From contig CM082594.2 of the NCBI GenBank assembly GCA_040954595.2, positions 5,813,319 through 5,877,318 of the forward strand: DNA of 64,000 nt. Reading direction: 5' to 3'. The position numbers were made by a program, and so were the translations under genes. Shown here one piece after another: positions 22,437 to 35,900 of the stretch. The stretch is from Balanoglossus misakiensis. Lineage: Eukaryota; Animalia; Hemichordata. Each line of letters opens with the position of its first letter. Position 1 is the first letter of the stretch. The notes beneath the pieces are model-generated. The model made no database searches. It had not been told where the DNA came from and was given only the letters and a program-made list of their open reading frames with translations.

Positions 22437-25400
22437 TCGCCAGTCACGAAAGTGATTTGCCCAGACGCCAGAAGTTATTTTGTAGTGTACATATACGTAA
22501 TTGACTAATACTTGGGGGGACAAAACTGCATCAAGTTAGACAATATTGATCAGAAATATCGACCACTTTCTGTCGTTCATTATATCTGCCAGTTCGTGTG
22601 TGTGTCACCTGTGCGATGGGCATTTGCATCAGACAGTTGAATATGCATAATGGATGGAAGACTTAATACGTAATAAAGTGCCATAGAATCCCCTTGATTA
22701 CGTAAACAGAAACCACCTCCGCACGGTTTACTGCCACTTAATCACATTTGCGAAGAATCACTATAAGACCCGGTGCCAGTGGACGTGTGCGTGTTGACAA
22801 GTTGTGGTTGTTTGAGGTGAGAATGACTCATTCTGGCGTGTGTTGATGATTTGTTTACACCATGTACGCCTATCATGGCCAGAAATGCTGGGAATCTGAA
22901 AGGTGTGTATAGACGCAAATTAGTGCCGCGGATTAATTAATTAGGCCACCCTCTCGCGAGGGCCAATAAACCATCATTAACGACCAGAGTATAGTCTTTC
23001 ATAACAATAAGAGGTGTCAACATAAAATATAAATCAACTTAATTTATTAATATCGGTCTTTCCTCTGGGGGCACGACTACGCATAGTTTACTAGACATGT
23101 ATACAAAACGGTGACGTAATATATGATTTTTCGCTCATTGCGAGATCTCGCGAGACTTAGTCAATTACCGTAGCAACGAGTTAGTAGCCATGTGATACAA
23201 TCAAGCTTTGTATAAAACTAGAAGAGGGGCAGAGTTTAACAAAAATGTAATGTTAGTGCTGTTTAACACGTTGGACCAGGTGTTGTTTGTCTTGTGCCAC
23301 ATGAGAATGTTCTTCCATATAAACTGCCAAGCCACGCGGGATCTCGCTGGGTCTCATGGAGTTAAGAAAATGGTCTATTGTTGTATTCTGTGGTGTGCAT
23401 GTATATTTATTGCCTAGCGAGCTGTTGCAAGTGTACCTTATAGTCAGTCCTTTTGTTTAAGAGTGCGTCGAATTTGTTAACCTTTGATGATAAGCAGAGC
23501 ATGGTCTCCTCACATAAATCATTTTACTCGCTTTGTATCACCTCACCACAAGTTTCAGTAATTTTCTTTTCTAATTAATAATCCTACGCGACAAGAATAG
23601 CATGGCAGCATTGGGTAATTAATTACCCTAAATAATCTACGACCCTTGACCCATCTACCAAGTACACCACCAACGCATTGTCTTCTAATCAATGTCACGA
23701 TGACATTATTATCATTTACTTGTCAATGAACTGTTTTTATTGCCAAATACTTTCCGTCCACGGCAGTAGACTGGTACCACGGACCCCCATTGCGCTTTCG
23801 TGGAAGGCTGACCCCATTTAGCCAGATATGATAAATAGCATCGTTGCTGAAAAAAAATGATATCCTGTATTACTGGGAAATGTTTTTCTATTCAAGAGTA
23901 GAATATCTCAGCAATTTCATGTAATTTATTTTTATTTCTCTGCCTGATACCTCTGGGAAATCAGAGAGTTCTGTTTTGACATTTTACCCAATTGATTTTT
24001 GTATTGGTTGTTACGGCAACCGTCTGTGTGACTAAATAAACCTACATTTATTTTACTTTTTGTATTGGGAGATACACTCACTGTAGTTAATATATGTAGA
24101 TGTTGCAGCGGACACAGTTTGTAAATGTCCATGAAATCCTCCAATATATTAGGATAAGTTAGAAAAATGTACGCTCTGTGTGTTTTGTGAAAACGGTGAT
24201 CGTCAGAAAAACTCGGAGCAAATTCCAGTTTAATCAATAAACCAAGACAACTAGTTGGTAGTCTAGACATTTATCACGAAAATCCCCTACTGGCAGGGAG
24301 ACATGCACGAACCAGTTCATCTCTCGGCATTCTCGTCACCAAAACGACACTTGATATGTACGTAGGTTTCGCTACTTATTCGATCAGAACCCATTTTCCA
24401 ATGAACTTTTCATTTAGTCATGAGAGAGTCTGTCTCTCTGTCTAGCAGTCTGGCGTCCGTATTCCTTCCATCCGTTCATCATTGTCCTGCCCGCTAGTTA
24501 GCTAGCTATAGCTTGTCAGCCAGATGACTGGTGAAACATTTTAGGTTTCACTTGTGAAATATTTTAATCGTGCCTTTCTCGCCAAAACGTATCTGTCAAA
24601 GATAACCACTCAAGTTCTGTTAATTAAACCGATTTCCACACCCCTGCCTTCATGTTTATATGAGTAGATCCATATTCCGGTAATATATAATATTGTGTTA
24701 ACACAGTGAGGACTACCTTATGGCTGAAATAGGGCCATATGTCTATTTCTTGCCAGCATCAATAAAGTGTTTGAATTCGAGACTAAAGCAAATTTACACG
24801 TCGACAAACCATTTCGGCGTCCACGTACCGTCTTACCCGTGTTGCTCCATCATTCTTAATAAGTTGAATCAACAGTACCCCGAACTGTTAGATAAAAAGG
24901 TCGAGTACCCCATTTATCTATCGCTAATAACCGTGTGTTAATGGTAATGCAATGACTATATAACACGACATGTTAACGCAATTGCTTCTCCGGGGGAGTG
25001 TAATTAACCAAAATAATACTTTCTGCCAAACCCTGGGCACAATGTGTGTTCATCGCTCATAGTGACGGAATCAATCAGCCGTATTAATATGCGTTACTCG
25101 AATTAATGAAAATCCCAATGAGGTCGTTGCATATCCATCACAAAATAATAATAAGATAATTACGGAATGTTTGTTTTTTTTTAGCAGAAAATGTGATTAA
25201 CTTGAGCTCGTTATAGGGTGTACTTTGGAATAAAATTAAACAAGCTTCATTTTGGTCGTATCATTATGTTTTGATGAACTATAAAGGCACTGAGATATTC
25301 TTAGGCGGAATTGGGTGTAAACAAATTACACAAGAGCGTCAGTGACCTGGAAAGCGGACAGGACTTCAAATTAGATTCAGTATACACCATCGGTGTCATG

Positions 25401-28400
25401 CCATAAACGCCAGTAGAGTACATGCAGTAGCCGTTTATAGATATGATAGAACTGTTGCAAGAATTATTTGCAGATGGTGAGAACCAATTGACATAATGTC
25501 CAGAAGGTCTGGCCTGTACTGCCTATGACTATGAGTGAACGATACAACGTTTCTCTTTAACCTCATATTCTTGCGATGCATGCAAAGTTACCAGTTTATT
25601 AATTTGCAAGGGTAGTGGTGTTGTAGTCTGTTAGCCAATCACTCATTTCCACTTGGGTGGCCGTGTGGAAATGGTGCGCCACCGCACAGGCATTAGAAGA
25701 CTCAGATACGCACAATTTGACTATATATGGACACTGTCGTGATTGTGTCAGTGGTTATATTAGATTAAGCGACGAATGTTTAATCACATAGATTTTAGCC
25801 GTCAGCAAAACAACCCCAAGAAATATAGCGATTTCAGTTTATTGGCATGTATTCAATTGCGAGTGCCTTTACATGTGACCAACTTAATATGTCAAGGTGG
25901 TGCTTTAAAATAGTTACTCATATATGTAGCGGGTATTAGCTTTATTACTGGTAGGCGTCCAAACACTGTCGTCAACCATGACACTCCCTTCAGTCAAACG
26001 ATAGTTTGGTGCCACCGGGCATGAATAAATAAACATCCAGGTTTTTTTCTCGCAATTCTTGATTAAAAAAATAAATATTGGCAGCATCAACCCGACTAGT
26101 GTTGTTGTACCGCGCATCAATCTTCCTAATCAAACCTGTAATTGTGTACGGGGGAAATTGGCTTAAATGGTGATATGGAAACCGCTAGTGCTTAGTCAGG
26201 GAACTGTGAGGGGGAACCATGGAAATTGACCTCGCTACATCGCAACGGATATTTGCGCCATTCACCCGCAGTCTACCTGGTGCGTGATAAACATACAATC
26301 CCGTACGAGGCATGAGGTTTATAACGCGGCAACTTCTCTGTATTTTTGACGTTTAAAGCTCCAGTAACTCTACATTTTGGCCGTTGTTTCAGTATTTTCT
26401 CCCATGTATCAATTCCGGACTTGAATTCAATTTTCAACAATTAAAAGGCCTATTACTACGACGAAAAACCAAATACTGAGCAATTATTTATGATTCACAG
26501 AGTAGAACAAGAAACCACAGTCTGTGTACGTGTGGTGATTGATGCATAAAGCCAACGCCAATCAGCGTCTCTTAACCATATAAGGCCGAGAAGCGTGTTA
26601 TGGGTGGTCGTGCGCCATGTTCATTAAACACCATCCGCTGCCCATGTTAACAGAAGTGCTTCCGAGGGTTGCAACAGTTTGGTTTCAGCGCACTGAGGGT
26701 TTACGCAAACTGATCACGAAGACAGGAAGCGCAAAGACGGATTTCTCAGCCGCAGCTATATGTAGGAAACCTTTTCTTTGTACATGCTAAAGGCTACTCA
26801 CGGTACTACAGGAATATTATGAAACACACCTTGTTAATACTAATGGTCCCGCATTAATGCTAGGAATCTCCCCAGGGCAGAGAGGGCGGTTTTATGCTCG
26901 GCCATTAAGTTCTGAAGGCGTGAAAGTTTGTCGTCTCCTGCGTTTCCATTGGAGACTCTGGCGTCAGTTTTGGTGCCCTTGACTGACAACTCAGCGGATG
27001 CAGAGACATTGTGACGTCACCGGATTCAGCTTAAAGGGACAGTAACCGTAAAGTTATATATTTGTCAGAAGTTTCATTCGTTTACAACTTCTTTTCCTTC
27101 AGCTGCTTCTGGTCCACTTTCATAAGTCGGTTTATTAATAGAACAGTCCTATTAGATGAATTGTACTACTTCGTTTCCTGCACTTTGTGCTATTCCAAGT
27201 CCGATTTTTTGCATAACACATTTCCTTCACTAAAGTTATTCCCTTCCTAGTTACAAACCATTCGGTTTACCAGTTAACTGTATAGTTTCTTTGTTTTAAA
27301 CTGTAAGAACACACGCACACAAAATACTGACCGGTTTTACGAGCTTATTTAACTGTGTGTTCTATGTAGCAATGTCACGACTACAGGCGTATTTGAAAAG
27401 CCGCACACTGAGAATTTCAATATCCTTCTGCGTCCTTGCAGGCACTCAAAACGAGAATTTTACACTTGACTTGTACACAGGAAAAAAATTCTGAAGGAGT
27501 AATTGCTAGTCACGGCCACCGATCTGTAATACATCGTCATTTTCGATAGACCTGAACGCTACACGGTGTAATTTGTTTTCAAATTATCGTCCGTCTAACA
27601 CTACTCGATGGATTGCTCGAAATAAAAAGTTCGGGTCTATTGGCCCAAACTCAAGCTGACGCACTCCCCTCTGCGGAATAAGCGCACACATTCCGCTTAA
27701 TTGTACCTCGCGGGTGTATTTCAGCATGGAGCCCATTCGCCTGCTCGCCATGCGGCGTACCGCGGTCATTCCGCCGCCACGCGAGTATAAAACTAACAAC
27801 CAATTTAGGTTAACTGCCTTCGGAGAGAGAGACGCGTCCCAATTTATGCGGACTGCATCGTGTGTAGCCCTGATTTGGAGCTTGTCCGATTAGCCGCGAG
27901 AGCTTGATGACCGGCAGATTGTATTATAATGGTGATAAAACGTGAATCTGATACTGGATCGTGTGTCACACTAACCGTTACACGCCAGCTTATTTTCAGA
28001 GTATACAGTATAGTGAATTTCAAGGTGGGCAAATACCTCTTACCGTGCCTGGCGTCGCATGGGTTCTGGCAGGGCATGTTGATTTTTTTAAAGGCTGCCC
28101 ATCTGCAGCGATGTCGCCACGCAAACACGCGGGAGTATTCATTCAGACGCCAAAGAAGCTTGCTGATAGATAATTTTTAATACACCAGCGGTACACTTAA
28201 AACTTCTTCATCATCCGAAAATGGATAGTTGCATAGAAGATACATGTACTAGTATTATAACCAATCATCTAAAACCACAACGTACAGAAAAGATACCCAC
28301 CGCACCTGAATGACGCAACACAGGGCCTTGCAATTTCTTGGAGAATCAATATCAATGTTTATTGGTGGAAACTTTCGAACAACATCTGGGATCTGCCATG

Positions 28401-31339
28401 CCACATTTACACCAAAGCCCGACGGCCTTCGAAAGTTGCTACCACCAATCACAGGCACTCTTTCAACCATGCATTTACGAAAACAAATTACTTTCATGAA
28501 AACACCTGCGACCCCACCTCAATTACCACATAAGTAGCGCCTATACCACCTGTGCTACCGAACTACATGTATGTGCTTTGGATCAGTCTGAGAACCCACA
28601 GTTGTCTGATGATCGCTGTACATGTACATGTACATGTAGGTCCGCTAATGTTGGCCTTGGACCCGAGTCTTCTGAGTTTGGATTCTCTGCCAGATTACAG
28701 GCCACCTGCAATTCTTACCGTCCTTGACAGCACCTTGACTTTCACTGACAATGTACCTGTTTTGTAACCCCATCTCCCGAATTCAATGCGGATGCTCTCT
28801 CAACTGCGGCTGGTTTTCTGATCTCAGCCATCCTTGACATCAATGGCGGACAACAGAATATCACAAAACAATAATAACAAATTAATATATGTGACATTGA
28901 GAGAATATTATCGCCAAAAACGGCAAAAATCACTGCTGTTTGTTCCTGTAACTTGTATATGGTTCATTGCTGCACCCTTTGCTAACATCTTCCCGACCAA
29001 CTCATCATTGTAATTCAAAGCGACGCAGGTGCCGGCTTAAGTGAGCGTATGTATGATTTTAATTAATTCCAAGATGAGGGACACAAAAGTCTGAGATTTA
29101 TTGACACTGTCCTAGAAGCTTTCACAAATCGAATGTGAATAGTTTTTTTCAGGCGAATAAAAATATCGAGTTACGGAGGGCTGTTCATGTTGGGATTACG
29201 GGTTTGAATCATGGGCATTAAACAAATTCTAATTGACAGCCTGGAATAAAAGGAAACCAAAAAAGTAATGGAAAAGTTATAATGTACCATTCATGTGTAT
29301 ATTTTTATTCTATCGGATTTCAGATCTGCTAAACTTATTCTGATTATCTGCCGCCAATTTGAAAGTACCAAGCGCGGTCAGAGTGCAAATCAAAATTCCG
29401 TTTTGACAAAATAATCATTAAGCGATATTTGTAGTTGATAATTGGAAAAAATACAAACCGCTCATGTACAGATTTTGGCGTAATCATTTACAACATGTTC
29501 ACCGAAGGCAGTCCTAGACTGTCTGTGCGTATGACGGTTTGCCTAGAGCATCTTTCAAATCTGTCGTGGTCTGTGTGAATAGAGATGTCAGATATTTAGT
29601 CTTACTGTACCCTGTCACGGGTTTATCTGGGTATCTGTTGCCATCACGTTTTTTATCCTAACCGTCTCTGCGCCATATTTATGCAAATTGCTAGTAAAAC
29701 AGTGTATGGCTTGCGCTCAATCCAGTTTCAGTTCTCAGAGATCTGTCTATTGACGACGTAATCGCAACTTTTAAAGCTGATATAGCAGCAAGAAATTGAA
29801 ATACTGCATTGTCTTTCTTATGTACCTTCACACTCCGTGTGAGGCCGATTTCTAATTTTGGTGGCAAAAAGTCGTGTCCGTATAGCATGTGTGCTGTGAT
29901 TAAGTTATAAACATTTTGCATATGAAATCACGTTGGCCTTCAGTAACGCGAGCCGAGCGTCTTACGTAAAATGCTACTTTCGTTTTGATGATTTCCTGGA
30001 CGAGAATGCAATTATCTTTATTACGTAGCCTTCTTCTCATCGGTTTTCTACGCAATACAGATGCACATTTAACAGTCACATGCATTGTGGGTTAAACAGT
30101 TGCTTTAGTCATCCACCGTCGAAAGCAGGTAATTCGTCGAAAATCACGTTTCGGCACCCCTGGGACCAGGCTCCTTGTCTATCAAAAGGCGAGCTCGAGG
30201 AAAATTGATTATGCATATTTTCTAAATAAGAATTGGGATGATCTAAGCGTAAAGTGCTGAGTATATAGCGTTTTGAGTTGTGTTAAAAGCAGACATTTTT
30301 CACGGCGATGGGTACAGTGAATGCATGCGCCGACCTCGCTGATTTAGAATTGTTTTAGCGCATCGATGTTGATGCCCTTTCGCAAGCAGGCAAAGACAAA
30401 GTCAAACACAAAAAGCGCAGAGATTTTCCGTAGAGTTATTATAAAAAAGCAGTTTTTATCCTTGGCAAACTGACAATGATCCTCGGTAATCCTGCTAAAC
30501 TGTCGTTTCAACTATGATGAACGTGATGCCATCACGCGTGACGTCAAATTGGCATCGGATGTACGTGTTAAAATTAATCTGGCAGGCTCTTTCGTATAGT
30601 AGTACATGTAGCAGCATGAAGGTGAAACGCTCAGGCTTGTTGGCACAGCTTGTATGTCGCTCCCAGTCAGGAGAGCGCTTCAAGGCAAAACACCGCTTGC
30701 TAATTAGTGATGGATTCAAGATAATACAGAGGCAACCATAGAATGTCATTGACCGGCTTAAATATGAACATATACTGAACTACACCTTGAAGGACATACG
30801 GGTTTCTCTTGGTGAAGGAACTGTCAGAGATATTTGTTCTTCAAAAGTGTGTCTTGAAAGGGTTAGTCTTTTCGGTGGCACGTTAGAGTGATGTAACTGC
30901 ATTTTGAGGTCATTGAAATAATATTTCTCGTGATAAACACGCTTTATTTTCAGTGTGACTATTTCAGGGTTGTGGCTGGGTTAGAACCGTTTAGGGAGTA
31001 CCCTCACAATGTATTGTAATACTTAGAACACGTGAGTGTGTGCCGTGCATAATGCGAGCTTCCCCTTTTACGCATTAGCATAAATTACCCAGCTCGCCAG
31101 ACCATCGCGGTGTGCAATTTATCTCCGTTAAACCATATACGCCTACACGCATGTTGACGTTATCATTAGCCTGCGCACACCGCGACAGCCGTTTGCTCGA
31201 GACTCATCGTTTTGCTGCAGTCGATAATGGCCTTCGCATAACTGTGGAAAGTTGCCACGGGGAAACGGCATTATTAACCCGGCACCGTTTATTTGTTTCC
31301 CGTCTGCTGGTGATGCAGCGAGCGGCGTTGCGTTGGATT

Positions 31340-31346
31340 TATATAA
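31340..31346 (+). promoter_or_regulatory. Candidate TATA box of receptor exon B, within a CpG-rich upstream region
   Basis: TATATAA about 190 nt upstream of the ATG at 31532. CpG-rich from about 31050 to 32210, with palindromes CCGACGTCGG (31398-31407) and TGACGCGTCA (31430-31439). Confidence 0.45.
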
Positions 31347-31531
31347 GCGCCGTCAACCGTCTACTGCGTCAAGTCGCCCGCTATTGGAGTGGTGTAGCCG
31401 ACGTCGGAAGGATTGGGCTCGTTTGAAGTTGACGCGTCATCTCTGGAAATTGCGTAACGAAGCCCCCGTCGGCCCCGGTTGGTATAACTACGTACACCAG
31501 GCTACAGTTCGGATCATACACATACAGCACG

Positions 31532-32213
31532 ATGGTGTCGTTGTTACACTGTGTGTTTTCTACAGTGGTGTTGCTCACTCTGCAAGTCAGGGTTTCTGGT
31601 CGCGACTTCAAACTGCTCGTTCTGTTGGACACGGCGAAAGAGGACGTCCCGTCGCTGTACAACCTGGAGCAGGTGATGCCGGCCGTGGAGATCGCCACCA
31701 AGAAGATCAACAACGACCCGAACCTCCTGCCCGACGACCGCATCCAGCTGATGCTCAACGTCACGGCCTGCGGCGAGTTCCTCTACGCCAGCATCCTGCT
31801 GACCGACGCCTGGATGAGCTGGGAGCCGGACGGCCTGATCGGGCCGGCGTGCTGGGCGCCCATGCAGATCTCCGGCGTCCTCTTCGGCCACTGGAACCTG
31901 CCCATCGTGTCCGGGGCGGCGCCCGACGGCCACCTCAGCAACCGGACCCTCTACCCGACCCTGGTGCGGACGTTCGCCCCGCACGCCAAGCTGGCCGACG
32001 CCTGCCTCTCCTTCCTCGAGTACTTCGGGGTCGGGCTGCTCGGCATGCTGTACAACAAGGACGAGATGAGCTACATCGTCGCCTACGCCCTGTACAACGG
32101 CCTGGTGAAAAACCCAAACATCACCTACAAGGAAAATTCCCTGAAAGCGTACGAGAGTCGCGACATGGTGAAAATGGACAACACGCTCGAGGACATGTCT
32201 ATGCTGGCTCGCA
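31532..32213 (+). CDS. First coding exon B of a natriuretic-peptide-receptor / membrane guanylyl cyclase-like protein (signal peptide plus N-terminal part of an ANF_receptor ectodomain)
   Basis: Signal peptide MVSLLHCVFSTVVLLTLQVRVSG. Canonical motifs MPAVEIATKKINNDPNLLP...TAC...LIGPAC...GHWNLPIVSG...LSNRTLYPTLVRTF...FLEYFG. Strong GC3 bias. Donor A|GTAAGT at 32213/32214, phase 1 (…LAR-I). Confidence 0.9.
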
Positions 32214-32857
32214 GTAAGTTGACCCAAAATAGATTCTCCCCCCTCCCTTCCTTCCTCTACCTTAAACATCCCCTGAAGTAAAAAGGGTAAATCCCATACA
32301 CTGTCTTCATTCGACAATGCAATATTCCACGCGTGCTTTACTTAATCATGTTTGAAACCGCAGATGTTTTTAACCGAATCACGTCATATGGAGGTCATCT
32401 CTGCCAAATTCATTAAAATCTCTTTCGGAATTATCGCGATACGTAGATTTACACTTATGAAGATGCAGGAAACAGTATTAATAGAATTTCTGACTCAAGG
32501 GTTGTAACAACTCGTACCGGAATCTGCCAATTGCGGCTGCATTAATGTCAAAAGTGTCAGCGTAGATCTGTATACCATTATACGCTGGTTGGTCCTTTGC
32601 AATTCTCTAGAAAATTGCACCCGTAGGGATTTAGTCAGGGCGAAGAAAAAGCAATCAAGATGGAGCCTCGGCGCAAGAAACCACAATCTTCTGTGGGATT
32701 TGTCTCAGATGTGCATCATTCGCATTCACAATTTTGATCGATGATAATGTTTGGTAGACCGTCTCTACTTTCTTCGACCAAAGTACAAAACACCGACTCG
32801 AGCACGGCGTGCATGTGCGACGGGCCCTGGTTATAAACGCACCATTCTGAGTCTTAA

Positions 32858-32942
32858 CCCTTTCGCCACCATGGTTCAGTCCAAACCTGTTGTTTTCTAT
32901 GTTAAGGTTGGACCTCTATACCGGAAAATGGGGGTGAAAGGG
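32858..32942. mobile_element. piggyBac-type MITE, 85 bp
   Basis: TTAA|CCCTTTCGCCACCAT ... ATGGGGGTGAAAGGG|TTAA (15-bp TIR, 2 mismatches, CCC/GGG termini, TTAA duplication). Confidence 0.85.
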
Positions 32943-35900
32943 TTAAAGGTGACATGGACTCTGCCTCGTGGCTGATGTTTTCACCTGTGTATCAACTGCT
33001 TGAATTAAATTGTCAACTCTCAATGATACTCACCCTGTTCACATAAGGGTTGTATTGTTTAGATAAGGGTGATGCACAAAACACCACAGTTGGTGCCTCG
33101 AACATACTAACGACTGATATGCTCTCTAGAATGTGATATGTGTCACCACATCGAATGTAACGGTTTTCACACTGTTAATTTCGTTGTATGCAAAGCGTTT
33201 TGTGAATAGGCTTTTCGTTTCTTTGAAAACTAGACAAGTACTGTGTTTTGTCACGAGTTACCCACTGTCGATAAACCGGTTAAGGAATAAATAGCATTAG
33301 GAGAGAAGTATTGAAACTTCAATTTGAATCACAGTGTTTGATTTTCCTTGAACCTACATCCAAGTGTCCATTCACACGAATTGTGAATCAATTAAACATT
33401 CTGTAAGCCACATGTGGCTGTATGATTTGTTATTGACGCGTATGTCATTACTGTCGCCATATCTATCGACGCCCTTAGCAAAGACGTTCAACATTTATCG
33501 CAAACAGTCGAGAATCTCATAGCATCACCGAGATCCTTTAAACACCTGCAATAAGAAACAGTGTCAGCTATTCTGTCAAGTTATTGCGACAGTTTCGGTT
33601 TAATCGGGTACATGATATATCGAAAATAAACCCAGCATATTAACGTTAATGCATGTTTATGACAACTCAGTTGTCTGAAATCTTTAAATTCAATTCCATG
33701 ACAGGTTTCTCCTGAACAGCAAAACAACCCTTGGCAGTAGCGAGGGCATTATATAATCAACTTTGACTTCGTGTTCTGATTTTCAAATGTGAAGGGAGTT
33801 ATCGTTCATTTGTGTCGCCAATGTTTACTTTAGTTCTGCCAGACAGGAACGTTAACTGTCGTCGTTTCAGTTGAAGACGACATCCGGAATAGGTTTCCCT
33901 TATAAAGAAAAACCTCGACGTCGTAACGTTGGACTTTTCTGCAGAAAGGTGAAAACGTAAACATTTCTGAAAACGGATCCGGAAAAGGCGGATGCGTTTT
34001 TTTTTCTGTGTATAGGCTAAGTTGTCGCATATCCGGCTAGCGTCGTCTGTTACTCGTACTCCCAAGTGTGATGCAAAATCACTCGCCCAGTGACCATGAA
34101 ATTGCAATGGCAACAGTTGCCATGGCAGCGCGTTCATTAAGTAATACGTAAGAGATCATAACACAGCTGTTGAATACTCCGTCCGATAAATATCTTCCAG
34201 CCAGCTTTGCAAAACCCGAAATGTTCATACAAAAACGCCCACTCTTGAGAAACCAAACAAATTATTCAGTTTCATGCAAATAGTCAACATTTACCCTTTT
34301 AAACCAATAACCAATAACCGCCTCCATACCTAGTTAGAATGTATCATGATGAGTTAAAGAGACAATAATCTAAAGTTGCCTTCAGCAAAATACAACAAAA
34401 AACTTTAAGGCTTGGATTTCCGAGGCACATAAGCTTGCTACCTTAAGCGTGCTGTCTGGAAATATACTAGCACATCACACACGTTAATGGCAACATTCTC
34501 GCGCGATGGACTTGCCTATAAATATCACACCAGCGACCGTGATTCATCCTAATGAAAGTGTCATGTCCAATCGCAATTTGATGACTCCAAGCACGAACTT
34601 TGGCATTTGTGTATGTCACCGTCAAAAGTGCATTTATCCACTGAATTTTATTTTAGATGGCAACCACACTCCGACTGTAGCCGAGAGATATAGACTGCAA
34701 CGATCGTTGATGGATGTGTGACCTCCCCACGGATATTCAATGTAATGGCTTAATGTATGTTATTACAGACTGATAAACAAGGTTTTCATCCTTTTGGCCA
34801 AATATGCTAAACTCTTAACCTCGTGCACCAAATGAGATAAATGCGACACACCCTACAGTAAAACTTGTATCATATATCGCAGTATTTTAATAGAAGAACT
34901 TTATTGGTAACAACGAAGTCGTGTCCTGTGCGCGTAGTGCACATAAATGTATACACACCTATCCGTTTCGACTCATGTGAACGGCTGTGGCAAATGATTT
35001 GCATATGAAAGCCTACACGCCATATGCAGTAGACTATTTTGACATTTATCATATATTAATATAGCTTGACATTTGACACTTGCTGTATTCCCCTGAGAAC
35101 CCGGCTGACATTTTCGAAGACACTTTTTCTCCTTGAAGTGCGCGTGTAAAGATGTGTGACTAGTTTGATCGTGTGACAGATAGAAAAAAATAGTGATGCG
35201 ATTTCATAGGTTGAATAGTTCTGTATGGTTCAGCAGCCATATGTCCGAGTGTGTAGCACACGGTACAAAAACGCATAGTGTGCGAGACACCCCCTGGACT
35301 AACAGACAATACGGCGACCCACGATTCTGATTGAAGGTTATTGTCGTTACCACTTCTAATCCGTAACTGTTTTGTCCCACATCTATTGTGTACGTCAATC
35401 TCATGCATGGGAAGACGAAGACGAATGCCTGTTTTGAAATGAGCCGCGCCAAGTCATGCGTGGGACTGAACAGAAGTGACGTATCCGCGGTGTTGGCCAA
35501 TTCGACGCTTCCTGTTTTACCTGTAGCTCGACGAGGCCACGCGGAATTACTAAGAAACCGGGTCGAACACAGGCCGCTCGAGTATAGCGTTTTAATTAAT
35601 TCAGTGTCTATTTTTGTTTGGGGGGGGGACTCACAAACATGCACAGATGTTGGTAATGATGGATATACACGTAATCGATGTTTACTTTACATGCAGTGAT
35701 AGGTCAAGCACGTAACCCGTTTGTGAAATACGCGCTGCAGTGAGTATAATCCTGTCCATGTCCCGAGATCCGTTCCCAATTAAAACCAGTATAGGGATGT
35801 TAAAGGTGAAACAGTCAAGGATAAAATTGTTGTCATACACAAAAAAGCTGGTACTGTTCGAGAAAGTTCCTGTCCCTTCGGTTAGCTGAGTCACACGCCA

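Noticed and set aside
28310-28537. ORF with LRKLLPP...HLRK, reminiscent of a CR1/L2 LINE C-terminus
   Set aside because: The similarity is too short, and there are no RT motifs or 3' tail nearby.
31252-32317. 321-aa alternate-frame ORF (+) and 257-aa antisense ORF over exon B
   Set aside because: Arg/Pro/Gly-rich shadow frames typical of GC3-biased exons; only the 31532 frame has family motifs and a signal peptide.
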